A DNA stretch of 64,000 nucleotides from Phormidesmis sp. (lineage in GTDB: Bacteria > Cyanobacteriota > Cyanobacteriia > Leptolyngbyales > Leptolyngbyaceae): assembly GCA_965248535.1 (NCBI GenBank), contig CBDFJR010000002.1, positions 256,001 to 320,000 of the forward strand, read 5' to 3'. The position numbers and the translations under genes are program-made. This document shows, one piece after another, positions 11,530-20,674 of the stretch (position 1 is the first letter of the stretch; each line of letters begins with the position of its first letter). The notes under the pieces are model-generated. The model searched no databases, was not told the DNA's origin, and worked only from the letters and a program-made list of their open reading frames with translations.

Positions 11530-12051
11530 ATGACATCGACGCTCGTTCTCTATTGGCTGTTGGTTGCCCTAATGGTCGTGGGCATCATCGGCGCAGTGGT
11601 TCCTGGCATCCCTGGCACCAGCTTGATCTTGATTGGGATCATTGCCTGGGGGCTGATTAAAGGATTTGCCAGTGTTGGAATTGCTCTCACGGTAGCGATC
11701 GTGGTGTTGATCAGCAGCATCGGCATCGATTTTTTGGCCAGCTATTGGGGCGCTAAAAAAGCAGGCGCTAGCAACTGGGGGCAAGTCGGCGCGATCGTGG
11801 GGCTATTTTTGGGATTCTTTGGGCTTTTGCCCGCTCTGCCCTTTGGCGGGCCGCTACTCGGACTCTTAATCGGGCCGCTGCTCGGCGCGGTCGTCGGCGA
11901 GTTTATCTACTGCAAAGACATCAAGATTGCCGTCAAAGCTGGAGTTGGAATCGTCGTTGGTTCCCTCGTCGGCAATTTGATCCAGGGCGTGTTAGCGATC
12001 GCTGTGGTTGCCGTTTTTCTGTTCACCACGCTTTCAACGATTCCGTCTTAG
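11530..12051 (+). CDS. DUF456-family membrane protein
   Basis: GAVVPGIPG, GAKKAGAS, GP..GA..GE motifs; fully hydrophobic. Confidence 0.85.
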   Translation: MTSTLVLYWLLVALMVVGIIGAVVPGIPGTSLILIGIIAWGLIKGFASVGIALTVAIVVLISSIGIDFLASYWGAKKAGASNWGQVGAIVGLFLGFFGLLPALPFGGPLLGLLIGPLLGAVVGEFIYCKDIKIAVKAGVGIVVGSLVGNLIQGVLAIAVVAVFLFTTLSTIPS

Positions 12052-13031
12052 TTGACCTGAGAAGACCGACTCGGACACCTCAAGGTTCTTGAAAATTCGG
12101 GGATGGGCAAGGACTCGATCGCTGACCTTTTGGCTTTGCAGACAATATCATCGGTTTTAGAGGGGTTGATTAACACAACGCCCACATAACTCCTCAAACC
12201 CTCCTCTTTAGGAAGGGCTGCAATCTCAGCACGAGACGCATCGGCGACTTTTAATTTATAGGCGTAGTCATAGCTTTGAGAAATTAAGTGCGTCGATCGC
12301 TCAAGCTCTTCTAAACTGCCAGCAAAACGCTTATTTTCGCGATAGAACTTTGCCTGAGCCACATTCATCGCTTTGAGATAAGTCTCAGCTTTTTGCTGTT
12401 TTTCTTGAGGAGTTTGCGGACGGAAACTCTCGCCTAACCCGTTTTCTGTGTCGGCTGCGGCTTGATTTTCGGCGTGCGAAGTCGAGATAAAAGCCGCGAT
12501 CATGCCACCTGACATAAACCCAACCACGATCGCAAACACAAAGAGAACCGAGTAAGCCCGAAAATAAGCAGGAATGGGTGACTCGCTCTCAGCTTGTTCG
12601 GTTTGGTCTAAGTCACGATCGGGATCATCGTGGTCTAAATCGTGGTCTAAATCATGCTCTGGCTCCTCTGGGCCGGCTCTCTTTGATCCTTCAGGGTTAG
12701 CCCAATCGACTGAGACTTGCTGAATGATCGGCCCTAGCTCAAATTTTCTCACCCACAAAACAGCAGAGTTGCTAGGGCTGCGTGAATAGATTTCAACAGT
12801 GTCAATCAACTCTGGGCCTAGATTGAGCAACCCCCTTTTAACAAACTTGATGATTGACTCTTGACTCAATGCTTTGCTTGACTCTAAAAAAATGCACAAG
12901 CAGCGTGCGTCTAAACCCACCTGGGCTTGAATCTCGGTGGGGTTTAAAACTGCGTTCATCAATGCTGCGATCGCGGTTGGGTTGCCCTGTTTTGCGAGTT
13001 CTAAAAGGTGCGGCTGATCCATAAAGAGCAA
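12048..13031 (-). CDS. Membrane protein with C-terminal type IV pilin-like G/H domain
   Basis: N-terminal LLELAKQGNPTAIAALMN module, acidic linker, one TM helix, then YLKAMNVAQ..FY.EN..FA and a C-terminal Cys pair. Confidence 0.7.
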   Translation of the reverse strand: MLFMDQPHLLELAKQGNPTAIAALMNAVLNPTEIQAQVGLDARCLCIFLESSKALSQESIIKFVKRGLLNLGPELIDTVEIYSRSPSNSAVLWVRKFELGPIIQQVSVDWANPEGSKRAGPEEPEHDLDHDLDHDDPDRDLDQTEQAESESPIPAYFRAYSVLFVFAIVVGFMSGGMIAAFISTSHAENQAAADTENGLGESFRPQTPQEKQQKAETYLKAMNVAQAKFYRENKRFAGSLEELERSTHLISQSYDYAYKLKVADASRAEIAALPKEEGLRSYVGVVLINPSKTDDIVCKAKRSAIESLPIPEFSRTLRCPSRSSQVN

Positions 13032-13085
13032 CGGTTGAAATAAGGGGAAAAATGACTAGAGAGTTGATTTTAATGATGCCTAATC

Positions 13086-13141
13086 AGGGAGCAATCGGAA
13101 GGGAGCAATCGGAAGGGAGCAATCGGAAGGGAGCAATCGGA
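13086..13141. repeat. Perfect 14-bp tandem repeat x4 (AGGGAGCAATCGGA)
   Basis: Four identical contiguous units with no spacers, intergenic. Confidence 0.97.
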
Positions 13142-13355
13142 CTCCTATCAAACCCTTTCAACAAGTTATTTTTTGATTCAGGAGAGATCGAGGGTCGCCT
13201 ACTGACTATTGATATGTCTATTAAAACTTTTTATCTCGATTTACACCATCGCCTTGACTCAAATCAAAAGATTCTGACCCTGTGAAATGCCCATCTCACG
13301 GGTTTAACCTTTATCATGTCTTTACTTAAGCATTCGTGAGGCGATGAATGTAGCT

Positions 13356-13364
13356 GGGAATACT
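13356..13364 (+). promoter_or_regulatory. SigJ-type extended -10 element (J-box)
   Basis: Exact GGGAATACT ~60 bp upstream of the probable GTG start of the Hpt gene. Confidence 0.6.
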
Positions 13365-13426
13365 CAGTAGAAGGGGTGTCGGGTTCCCCGCTTTTGATCT
13401 TTACTCGTGACCCAGGGAGCAAGGCA

Positions 13427-14371
13427 GTGCAATCAGTCAAGCAGCAGCAGATTTTAGGCTATTTCATCGAAGAAGCCAAAGAGCATCTCGACACGATCGA
13501 GCGGGGCTTGGTCAACTTAAAAGTCACCATGTCAGACTCAGAGCAAGTCAACGAACTGTTTCGGGCGGCTCACTCCATCAAAGGAGGAGCAGCGATGCTG
13601 GGGTTTGACAGCATTCAAAAAACGGCTCATCACTTTGAGGATTGCTTTAAACAACTACAGGAACATCCTGTAAAAATTGACCAAACCCTAGAAGACCTGT
13701 TTCTCAAGGGATTTGACACCCTCAAAGAATTGATTGAAGCCCTGCAAAGTCCGTTTGGGCTGCGCGAAGAAGAGGCTCAACAAGCTGTGCTCGCGTCAGA
13801 GCCTATTTTTTTAGACCTAGAAAAATATCTTCAATCGTTGATCAATCGCAAAGCCACCACAGCATCTGGCAACGGCGCTGGGCCAGCCAATGCGGCGGCT
13901 CATATCAACGCCATTCTCAAGGCGATGCTGCAACTGTTTAAGCAAGGAGACTCGACTCAAAGCCGTCAACAGATGGGGGCTTTGTGCAATCGCCTGATGC
14001 AGATCAGCGCCACTGCCCAGCCCTGGGTGACGGCTCTGCAAACGGTGCAACGAGCGATCGCTAACCCTAAAAACAGCTACTCGATTTTGGCTCCGATCGT
14101 GATTCGAGATCTCAAGCAAGCCAGCGACCTGCTGCTAACCAGACGAGTGGCTGAGATCGAGGTGAGTCAAAATCTTCTCAAATTGGTGATGCCTGCCCAG
14201 TCGGTTAGCCCGCCTCAAGCAGTGCGACACGCTACCCGGCAAGTTAGCGTTAAACACGAGCAGGTTTCTATCCCACGAGAGCCGAGGGCGGCTGCCAGAG
14301 CGCTGTTAGAAACGTTTAACAAAAATGAATTGATTGAAATTGCTCAATTTTTGATGAAAGCGATTCAATAG
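13427..14371 (+). CDS. Stand-alone Hpt (CheA P1-like) domain protein
   Basis: YFIEEAKEHL...LFRAAHSIKGGAAMLG; no kinase, CheW or receiver domain; GTG start at 13427 after GGGAG. Confidence 0.88.
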   Translation: MQSVKQQQILGYFIEEAKEHLDTIERGLVNLKVTMSDSEQVNELFRAAHSIKGGAAMLGFDSIQKTAHHFEDCFKQLQEHPVKIDQTLEDLFLKGFDTLKELIEALQSPFGLREEEAQQAVLASEPIFLDLEKYLQSLINRKATTASGNGAGPANAAAHINAILKAMLQLFKQGDSTQSRQQMGALCNRLMQISATAQPWVTALQTVQRAIANPKNSYSILAPIVIRDLKQASDLLLTRRVAEIEVSQNLLKLVMPAQSVSPPQAVRHATRQVSVKHEQVSIPREPRAAARALLETFNKNELIEIAQFLMKAIQ

Positions 14372-14428
14372 AATCAAAATTTCCCCCACCCTGTAGACTC
14401 TAGAAATCTATTGTGGAGGGGGCAAACC

Positions 14429-15328
14429 GTGAAGATTAGCGTTTTGGGAATTGGGTTGATGGGCTTGCCGATGGCGCAACGTCTGATGGAAGCTGATCAT
14501 TCGCTCACGGTTTACAATCGCACTGCCTCAAAGTTAGCGCTGCTGCAAGCGGCGGGAGCCACGATCGCTCCCTCTGTGGCGGCCGCCATTGCTGCCTCAG
14601 ACTGCATTATTCTCATGCTCACGGATGCTGCTGCGATTCGTGAGCTTTTGCTTGCAGACTCGTCTCGATCGCACTTAGCCGGGCGCACCGTGATTCAGAT
14701 GGGCACGATCGCTCCTATCGAGAGCCAGACGATTCGAGATCAGGTGGTGGCTGCCGGGGGTGACTATCTAGAAGCGCCTGTGCTGGGCAGCATTCCTGAA
14801 GCCCGATCGGGTTCTCTCATTGTGATGGTGGGCGCAGAGCCAGAACAGTTTGCTCACTGGTTGGCACTATTAAAAACCTTTGGGCCAGAGCCACTGCTGT
14901 TAGGAGCGGTAGGGTCTGCGGCGGCGGTCAAATTGGCTCTCAATCAACTAATCGGTGCATTAACCAGTGCCTTTGCGGTCAGTTTGGGTTTGATCTTGCG
15001 CCAAGGCGTAGACCCTGCCTCATTTATGACGATTCTTCGCCAAAGCGCGCTCTATGCGCCCACGTTTGACAAGAAGCTGCAACGAATGCTCGATCGTGAC
15101 TATCAGACTCCCAACTTTCCGACTAAGCATCTTAAAAAGGATATTGATCTATTCATCTCAGCCGCCCAGTCATCGGGTCTTGAGACGGCTGGGGTAGAAG
15201 GCGTGCGTCAAATTTTGCTCAAAGCGATGGCGATGTCGTTTGCCGAGGTAGATTACGCAGCGCTGTTTTCTGCAATCTGTGCAGAGGGTGCCCCAGTCGA
15301 GCCGCCCTCTGGTGAAGACGCGATATAG
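14429..15328 (+). CDS. NAD(P)-dependent beta-hydroxyacid dehydrogenase (3-hydroxyisobutyrate dehydrogenase/glyoxylate reductase family)
   Basis: GIGLMG, YNRT, EAPVLGS, KLALN, NFPTKHLKKD; GGAGG upstream of GTG. Confidence 0.9.
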   Translation: MKISVLGIGLMGLPMAQRLMEADHSLTVYNRTASKLALLQAAGATIAPSVAAAIAASDCIILMLTDAAAIRELLLADSSRSHLAGRTVIQMGTIAPIESQTIRDQVVAAGGDYLEAPVLGSIPEARSGSLIVMVGAEPEQFAHWLALLKTFGPEPLLLGAVGSAAAVKLALNQLIGALTSAFAVSLGLILRQGVDPASFMTILRQSALYAPTFDKKLQRMLDRDYQTPNFPTKHLKKDIDLFISAAQSSGLETAGVEGVRQILLKAMAMSFAEVDYAALFSAICAEGAPVEPPSGEDAI

Positions 15329-15745
15329 CGGTGCCCGATCGGGTCTAGAGTTTGCAGCAAATCCATTCAGTTCATCACCCTCGGCTTTGTCCCCAAAAGC
15401 CTGAATTGACGTGAGCATTTTCCAGAGATAACCGTCTAGCCATGTAAAGAGTAAGCAAAGCAAAACCCGTTTTGACTCGTTAAAAGGACTGGGAAGGTTA
15501 GCCTCTTTACAGAGATTCAATCACAGTCTAGTCAAAGAAATCGCAGCCTAAAATCTCTGGCAACTCATAGCAGGACGTGATTATTCTCACGCTGGTGGGC
15601 ATGATAAGCCCATCGTCACTTAGAAACCATGCTTCACCACAGATTTAAAGCGCTCGTGAAGACGAAAAGATTTTAGAGGCTGAACGTCACACCTTCACGA
15701 ATGCAGCCAGTGAAATGCAACCATCATCGTCTGGGTTCATCAGCT

Positions 15746-17116
15746 ATGCGTGTTTTGATCTATTCATATAACTACTACCCTGAGCCGATCGGCATCGCTC
15801 CGCTCATGACTGAGCTTGCAGAAGGGCTAGTAAGACGGGGGCACGAAGTGCGCGTGATTACGGCGATGCCCAATTATCCGCAGCGCGAGATCTATGAGCA
15901 ATATCGCGGCAAGCTCTATGAGACTGAAGAACGGAATGGAGTCACCATTCAGCGCAGCTATGTCTGGGTCAAACCAAAGCCCAGTCTATTCGATCGGATT
16001 CTTTTAGAGGGCAGTTTTGCTCTTACCAGCTTTTTTCAGGCCCTCAGAGGCTGGCGACCCGATTTGATTTTGCTCACGGTGCCGCCGCTGCCCGTGTGTG
16101 CCCCGGCTGCCCTATTAAGCTGGCTACACAATTGCCCGATCGTGCTCAACGTGCAAGACATTTTACCCGAAGCTGCTGTTCACCTAGGCTTGCTCAAAAA
16201 CAAGACTCTGATTTGGCTGCTGGAAGCGATTGAGAAATTTGCCTATCGAACAGCCCACACGGTGAGCGTCATTGCCGAAGGATTTGTAGAAAATCTGGAG
16301 GGCAAAGGCGTTCCTGCTAAGAAGATCACCTGCATTCCCAACTGGGTGGACACCAACTTCATTTGTCCCCTTCCTAAACACGACAATGCGTTTCGACGCG
16401 CCCACCAGCTTGAGGGCAAATTTGTCGTTCTATACTCCGGTAATATTGCCCTGACTCAAGGTCTAGAAACCGTGGTAGAAGCCGCGGCTCAGTTGCGTGA
16501 CGTTTCAGACATTGTGTTTGTGATTGTGGGCGAATCGAAGGCCGTCGCAGCGCTGAAACGCCACTGCCAGACATGCGAAACTGACAATGTGATCTTGCTG
16601 CCCTTTCAACCCAGAGAGAAATTGCCTGAGATGTTAGCGGCCGCTGATGTGGGGCTAATTGTGCAAAAGCATCAGGTGGTGTCTTTTAACATGCCCTCTA
16701 AAACGCAAGTTTTGTTGGCGAGTGGTCGCCCGGTGATTGCGGCGGTTCCGCTATCTGGCAGCGCTGCGAGGGCGATCGAGAAAAGCCGAGGTGGAATCGT
16801 GGTTGAGCCAGAAAATCCGGCGGCGTTAGCCGAGCAGATTCTAGCGCTGTATCAAAACCCTGAACAGGCGGAGCTATTGGGCAAACAGGGGCGGCACTAT
16901 GCGTTAGAGCGATACTCGTTTGAACAGGCGCTCAACCACTATGAAGCTCTCTTTTACCAAGTCACTGAAAGTGCTCGATCGGCTGGCTCTTTTAGCCCTA
17001 AAGTGACCGAGTTTGCTAGCGCGTCTCTCTCTCTGTATAGTCAACCGCATAGCCCCCAGACCGTGGCGAACCTTCCAAAAAAACCGCGCCGGACTAAGGA
17101 ACCCAACCGAACCTAA
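15746..17116 (+). CDS. GT4 glycosyltransferase, WcaI-like
   Basis: NYYPEPIGIA, PNYP, VQDILPE, IPNWVD, LYSGNI...QGL, MPSK. Confidence 0.9.
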   Translation: MRVLIYSYNYYPEPIGIAPLMTELAEGLVRRGHEVRVITAMPNYPQREIYEQYRGKLYETEERNGVTIQRSYVWVKPKPSLFDRILLEGSFALTSFFQALRGWRPDLILLTVPPLPVCAPAALLSWLHNCPIVLNVQDILPEAAVHLGLLKNKTLIWLLEAIEKFAYRTAHTVSVIAEGFVENLEGKGVPAKKITCIPNWVDTNFICPLPKHDNAFRRAHQLEGKFVVLYSGNIALTQGLETVVEAAAQLRDVSDIVFVIVGESKAVAALKRHCQTCETDNVILLPFQPREKLPEMLAAADVGLIVQKHQVVSFNMPSKTQVLLASGRPVIAAVPLSGSAARAIEKSRGGIVVEPENPAALAEQILALYQNPEQAELLGKQGRHYALERYSFEQALNHYEALFYQVTESARSAGSFSPKVTEFASASLSLYSQPHSPQTVANLPKKPRRTKEPNRT

Positions 17117-18210
17117 TAGTAGTAATTTTGCGGCTGCGTCTGCTGCGGGTTGGGCGCAAACGCTAACCACATGGGAAATTGCAGCATGGCGAGACTGATC
17201 ATCTCTTCGGTTTCGTCAATGATAATCAGGGGCAGCAAGCCATCTCTAACCACTCGATCGGCTTTTAGCGCCAGCGGTTCGGGAGTCTCAAACAGGCTCA
17301 AGCCCCGATCTGAGCCAAAATCACTTCTCGAAACGCCCAGACAATCCTGCAAACCGCGCCGCCACTCACCCAAGCGTTCGGGCGAGTTGGCCAGAATCAG
17401 GGTGCGGAGACGATCGCCGTAGATCTGATAGGCGATCGAAATCACTGCTGACGACACCAAGATATTTTGCAGCCGCGACCCCATCGTGCGGACTGCGCCC
17501 CGACCGCCTTGGGTGAAGAACCAGTTAGAGACTCGCTCGGCGTGGACAGGCTCAAAGGTGCGCCGCAGTTGCCAAACTGGGCCATAGTAATCGGGCTGAT
17601 TGCGAAATTGATCGATGAGATGCCGAATTTTTTTGGTTTGCTCTTGAAAACTCTGCTCGGCAAATTTGGGAGTAGAGGGTGCTTGAGATTTTTCTTCAGC
17701 GATCGGGGCGATCGTTCGTTCGGGCGGCTGGGGTTTTTCTAGCTCTAATCGTTCTGCGGCTAGCGCTAGATCTTGCAAACTGCCGACTAAATAATCTTTA
17801 AAGCTCTGGACGCGAATGGCGATGTCTTGCGAGGTTCCGGCAAAGGTAGTTCGCATCTCGTTGCGAATGCGTTCTTGACGACGTTCTAACTGCTCGACTG
17901 CGATTTGCAGGGTTTGCCGCCGATATTCTAAATCACCCAAGCCCTCTTGAACGAGTTTTCCCAGGGCTGCCTGAGCGTCTAGCGTTTGTTCTTGAAGCTG
18001 ACTGCGAACGGTTTGCAGCGATGCAATCTCTTGGTGAAGGGCGTGTTCTTGCTCTTTTAACCTAGCAATTTGCTCTGCCAACTGTTCAGTGTCTGGCTCA
18101 GAGATGTCCGCCTCAACCCGTTGAGATTGCGTCATGTCAGCAGACGACGGGAAGGATGGCATCTCCTCGATCGCGTCAGGGGCTTGGGTCGGCAGTTCGT
18201 CAGAATTCAT
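17113..18210 (-). CDS. DUF3086-family protein
   Basis: Coiled coil then EMRTTFAGTSQDIAIRVQSFKDYLVGSLQDL, PDYYGP.WQLRRTFE, LQFP.WLAFA. Confidence 0.85.
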   Translation of the reverse strand: MNSDELPTQAPDAIEEMPSFPSSADMTQSQRVEADISEPDTEQLAEQIARLKEQEHALHQEIASLQTVRSQLQEQTLDAQAALGKLVQEGLGDLEYRRQTLQIAVEQLERRQERIRNEMRTTFAGTSQDIAIRVQSFKDYLVGSLQDLALAAERLELEKPQPPERTIAPIAEEKSQAPSTPKFAEQSFQEQTKKIRHLIDQFRNQPDYYGPVWQLRRTFEPVHAERVSNWFFTQGGRGAVRTMGSRLQNILVSSAVISIAYQIYGDRLRTLILANSPERLGEWRRGLQDCLGVSRSDFGSDRGLSLFETPEPLALKADRVVRDGLLPLIIIDETEEMISLAMLQFPMWLAFAPNPQQTQPQNYYY

Positions 18211-18278
18211 AGCGCGTTGGGTCTAGAGATTAAAGGATTAGGAAGAAGCAGGGAATTGCGTCTGTACTTTACAGGAAA

Positions 18279-18674
18279 TCAGGTGTCAGCGTTTTGATTT
18301 TTGGGAAAGCGTTGGTTTAAGCAAGCCCGCAAGGTTTTTGGGTCGAAGATAATCGGCAAGAAGTGAATGCTTTTAACTTCTTTGAAATAAAACAAAATCG
18401 GCACGGGTGACCAAAAAATTTCCCAGTTTTGCCAATCTCGGTAGGGAAACTGACGAATCAAGGTCTCGCCGCGATAAATGTCTAGCGCAGTCTCAGTAAA
18501 TCTCAGACGCAACATCACGGTTTGAATCAGCAAAAACAGACTAAAGAGGGCGATCGCTAAACTCACCCAGACCTGCACCCACAGCAGCAGCACCGCGATC
18601 AGCCCCAGCCCGATCGGAATCGCGTAGCTCGGCGCTAGCTCGATCGTTTGATTGGAATTTGCAGCAGTGGTCAA
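18279..18674 (-). CDS. DUF3119-family membrane protein
   Basis: LAPSY, two TM helices, FPY..W.NW.IFW..VPILFYFKEV.SIHFLPI.F; TTG start. Confidence 0.85.
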   Translation of the reverse strand: MTTAANSNQTIELAPSYAIPIGLGLIAVLLLWVQVWVSLAIALFSLFLLIQTVMLRLRFTETALDIYRGETLIRQFPYRDWQNWEIFWSPVPILFYFKEVKSIHFLPIIFDPKTLRACLNQRFPKNQNADT

Positions 18675-18844
18675 AATATTGACTCCTGAAATTTAGGTCA
18701 CTTCAGTTCCTATTTTAGAGAGGAATCTGGTAGAGATTCCGTTTGGTGATCGACTCAGAGAGGAAATTCTGAAGAGATTAGGGGCTAGCGGTGATCAGTG
18801 AGGCGCTAGAGCGGTATTCTGAGCAGGAATTTGAGGTGATCATC

Positions 18845-19564
18845 ATGGCTTGGACACGACCCGACGATCGACAACCTGATCAGCTTCGACCTGTCTCCTT
18901 TGAGCGACGGTTTACCAAATTTGCGGCCGGATCGGTGCTGGCAAAGTGTGGCGATACACAAGTTTTGTGCACGGTCAGCATTGAGCCAAGAGTTCCTAAA
19001 TTTCTAGTCGGCAAAGGCGAAGGGTGGCTGACTGCCGAATATCGGATGTTGCCCGGAGCCACGCCCGAACGCCAATCGCGAGAGTTTCTCAAACTGTCGG
19101 GGCGCACTCAAGAGATTCAGCGTTTGATTGGGCGGAGTCTGCGATCGTCTCTCGATATGAAAGCTTTGGGCGAACGCACGATCACGATCGATGCCGATGT
19201 TTTGCAAGCCGATGCCGGAACACGCACGATCGCCATCACAGGTGGATTCGTCGCTCTTCAAGATGCGATCAATTATCTGTTAGCAAGCGGGGAACTGACG
19301 CGATCGCCGATCGTCCATCAAGTCGCCGCCACCTCGGTGGGGCTGATTCAAAATCAGGCCTTCTTAGATCTTAACTATGACGAAGATGTGATCGCAGATG
19401 TCGATTGCAACATTGTGATGAATGAGTCATTTGGCATTATTGAAGTGCAGGGAACGGCTGAGGGAGAGAGTTTTAGCCGCCAGCAGCTTGACCAAATTAT
19501 GGAGGTGGCGGCGAAAGGAATTCGAGAATTGCTGGCGTTGCAGCGCCAAGCTCTTGGAGAATAG
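18845..19564 (+). CDS. rph: Ribonuclease PH
   Basis: [46 protein letters not shown]. Confidence 0.97.
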   Translation: MAWTRPDDRQPDQLRPVSFERRFTKFAAGSVLAKCGDTQVLCTVSIEPRVPKFLVGKGEGWLTAEYRMLPGATPERQSREFLKLSGRTQEIQRLIGRSLRSSLDMKALGERTITIDADVLQADAGTRTIAITGGFVALQDAINYLLASGELTRSPIVHQVAATSVGLIQNQAFLDLNYDEDVIADVDCNIVMNESFGIIEVQGTAEGESFSRQQLDQIMEVAAKGIRELLALQRQALGE

Positions 19565-19665
19565 GGTTGCGATTTTTTTGAGAACAGTGAATTATGTTAG
19601 ATGGGTCAGAAAGTGCCTGACTGCCGCAAGTTTTAACATCCTCAACATCCTGATTTAGCCTGGGC

Positions 19666-20094
19666 ATGTCTTATCAAGATCATCTGACGGTTAACAGTGA
19701 TCTAACGGTTCTCAACGCTGTGCAAAAGTGGTTTGAGAAATTTTGGTTGCAGCATCATTCGCCTATTTCACGCCGCGATCACCAGTTATATCGTCTCAAT
19801 CTCGCTCTGGCTGAGGGGTTTACAAATGCCGTTCGTCACGCTCACTCTGGGTTATCGGCTGAGACTTCGATCGAGATTGAGGTGACGATGGATGACGATC
19901 GCATGGAGATTAGGATTTGGGATTGGGGGCAGCCGTTTGACCCTAATAACCTTGAAGAGCCTAAGCCAGGAACGCTGAGAGAAGGGGGCTATGGCTGGTT
20001 TTTGCTGCGGCGATTGACGGATCAAGTGAGCTACGATCGTCAGGGGCAACGCAACTGTTTACTCATCGTCAAATACACCAATAAAAGCGGATGA
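19666..20094 (+). CDS. Anti-sigma regulatory factor / RsbW-like Ser/Thr kinase (HATPase_c_2)
   Basis: LALAEGFTNAVRHAH, IWDWGQPFDP, EGGYGWFLL. Confidence 0.88.
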   Translation: MSYQDHLTVNSDLTVLNAVQKWFEKFWLQHHSPISRRDHQLYRLNLALAEGFTNAVRHAHSGLSAETSIEIEVTMDDDRMEIRIWDWGQPFDPNNLEEPKPGTLREGGYGWFLLRRLTDQVSYDRQGQRNCLLIVKYTNKSG

Positions 20095-20342
20095 ACATTC
20101 ACCAATCTTTGCCTGAGACTGCCAAAACCTCTGATTTTCAGAACGCGATCGAGGTCGTAGAGGCTTTGCCGCTCGAAGATCAAGAAGTTCTGATTGACAT
20201 TCTCGCTAAACGGATCAGACAACAGAAACGGGATGATCTGTTAAAAGCCATTGTCGAAGTAGAGAAAGACTACGCAGACGGGAACGTGCGGCGTGGCTCT
20301 GTTGCTGATTTGATGGCGGAGTTAGACGCTGAATGCAGATAG
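20091..20342 (+). CDS. Putative type II antitoxin
   Basis: Small acidic helical protein (VEALPLEDQEVLIDIL...GSVADLMAELD) overlapping the downstream toxin start. Confidence 0.7.
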   Translation: MNIHQSLPETAKTSDFQNAIEVVEALPLEDQEVLIDILAKRIRQQKRDDLLKAIVEVEKDYADGNVRRGSVADLMAELDAECR

Positions 20343-20614
20343 TTTGGAGTGAGGCATTCAATCGAGATTTCAAGCGCTTAATTCGTCGCAACCCACAATT
20401 GCGCGATCCGATCGAGGACGTATTAGAGAGACTCTCAGCGGATGTGTTTGATCCAAGTCTGAAAACTCATAAGCTCAAAGGCTCATTTTCAGGAAGATGG
20501 TCTTGTTCGATCAACTACAGCGATCGCATTGCATTTAAGCTTATGAAAAATCCTGATTCAGGAGAAACCGAGATCTTACTTTTAACGCTCGGTTCTCATG
20601 ATGAAGTTTATTAA
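20333..20614 (+). CDS. RelE/YafQ-family mRNA interferase toxin
   Basis: WSEAFNRDFKRL, LKTHKLKG, WSCSINYSDRI, LGSHDEVY. Confidence 0.9.
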   Translation: MQIVWSEAFNRDFKRLIRRNPQLRDPIEDVLERLSADVFDPSLKTHKLKGSFSGRWSCSINYSDRIAFKLMKNPDSGETEILLLTLGSHDEVY

Positions 20615-20620
20615 AAGTGA

Positions 20621-20653
20621 ATCGTCCTTTACTCCTAGTTAGCAAAGGACGAT
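20621..20653. terminator. Hairpin between convergent toxin and trpB genes
   Basis: ATCGTCCTTT...AAAGGACGAT perfect 10-bp arms. Confidence 0.6.
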
Positions 20654-20674
20654 CGCTGCCTAATCCCTAAAACT

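Noticed and set aside
13086..13141. Possible CRISPR array
   Set aside because: 14-bp units are contiguous with no spacers, and there are no cas genes
13052..13285. 77-aa ORF spanning the tandem repeat
   Set aside because: Reads through a repeat whose unit is not a multiple of 3, has no protein-like features and lies in a promoter region
15329..15745. Possible riboswitch/ncRNA or 116-aa minus-strand ORF in a long intergenic region
   Set aside because: Only short hairpins (e.g. GGTGGGC...GCCCATC) and no recognisable conserved motif; an Rfam/Infernal scan would be needed
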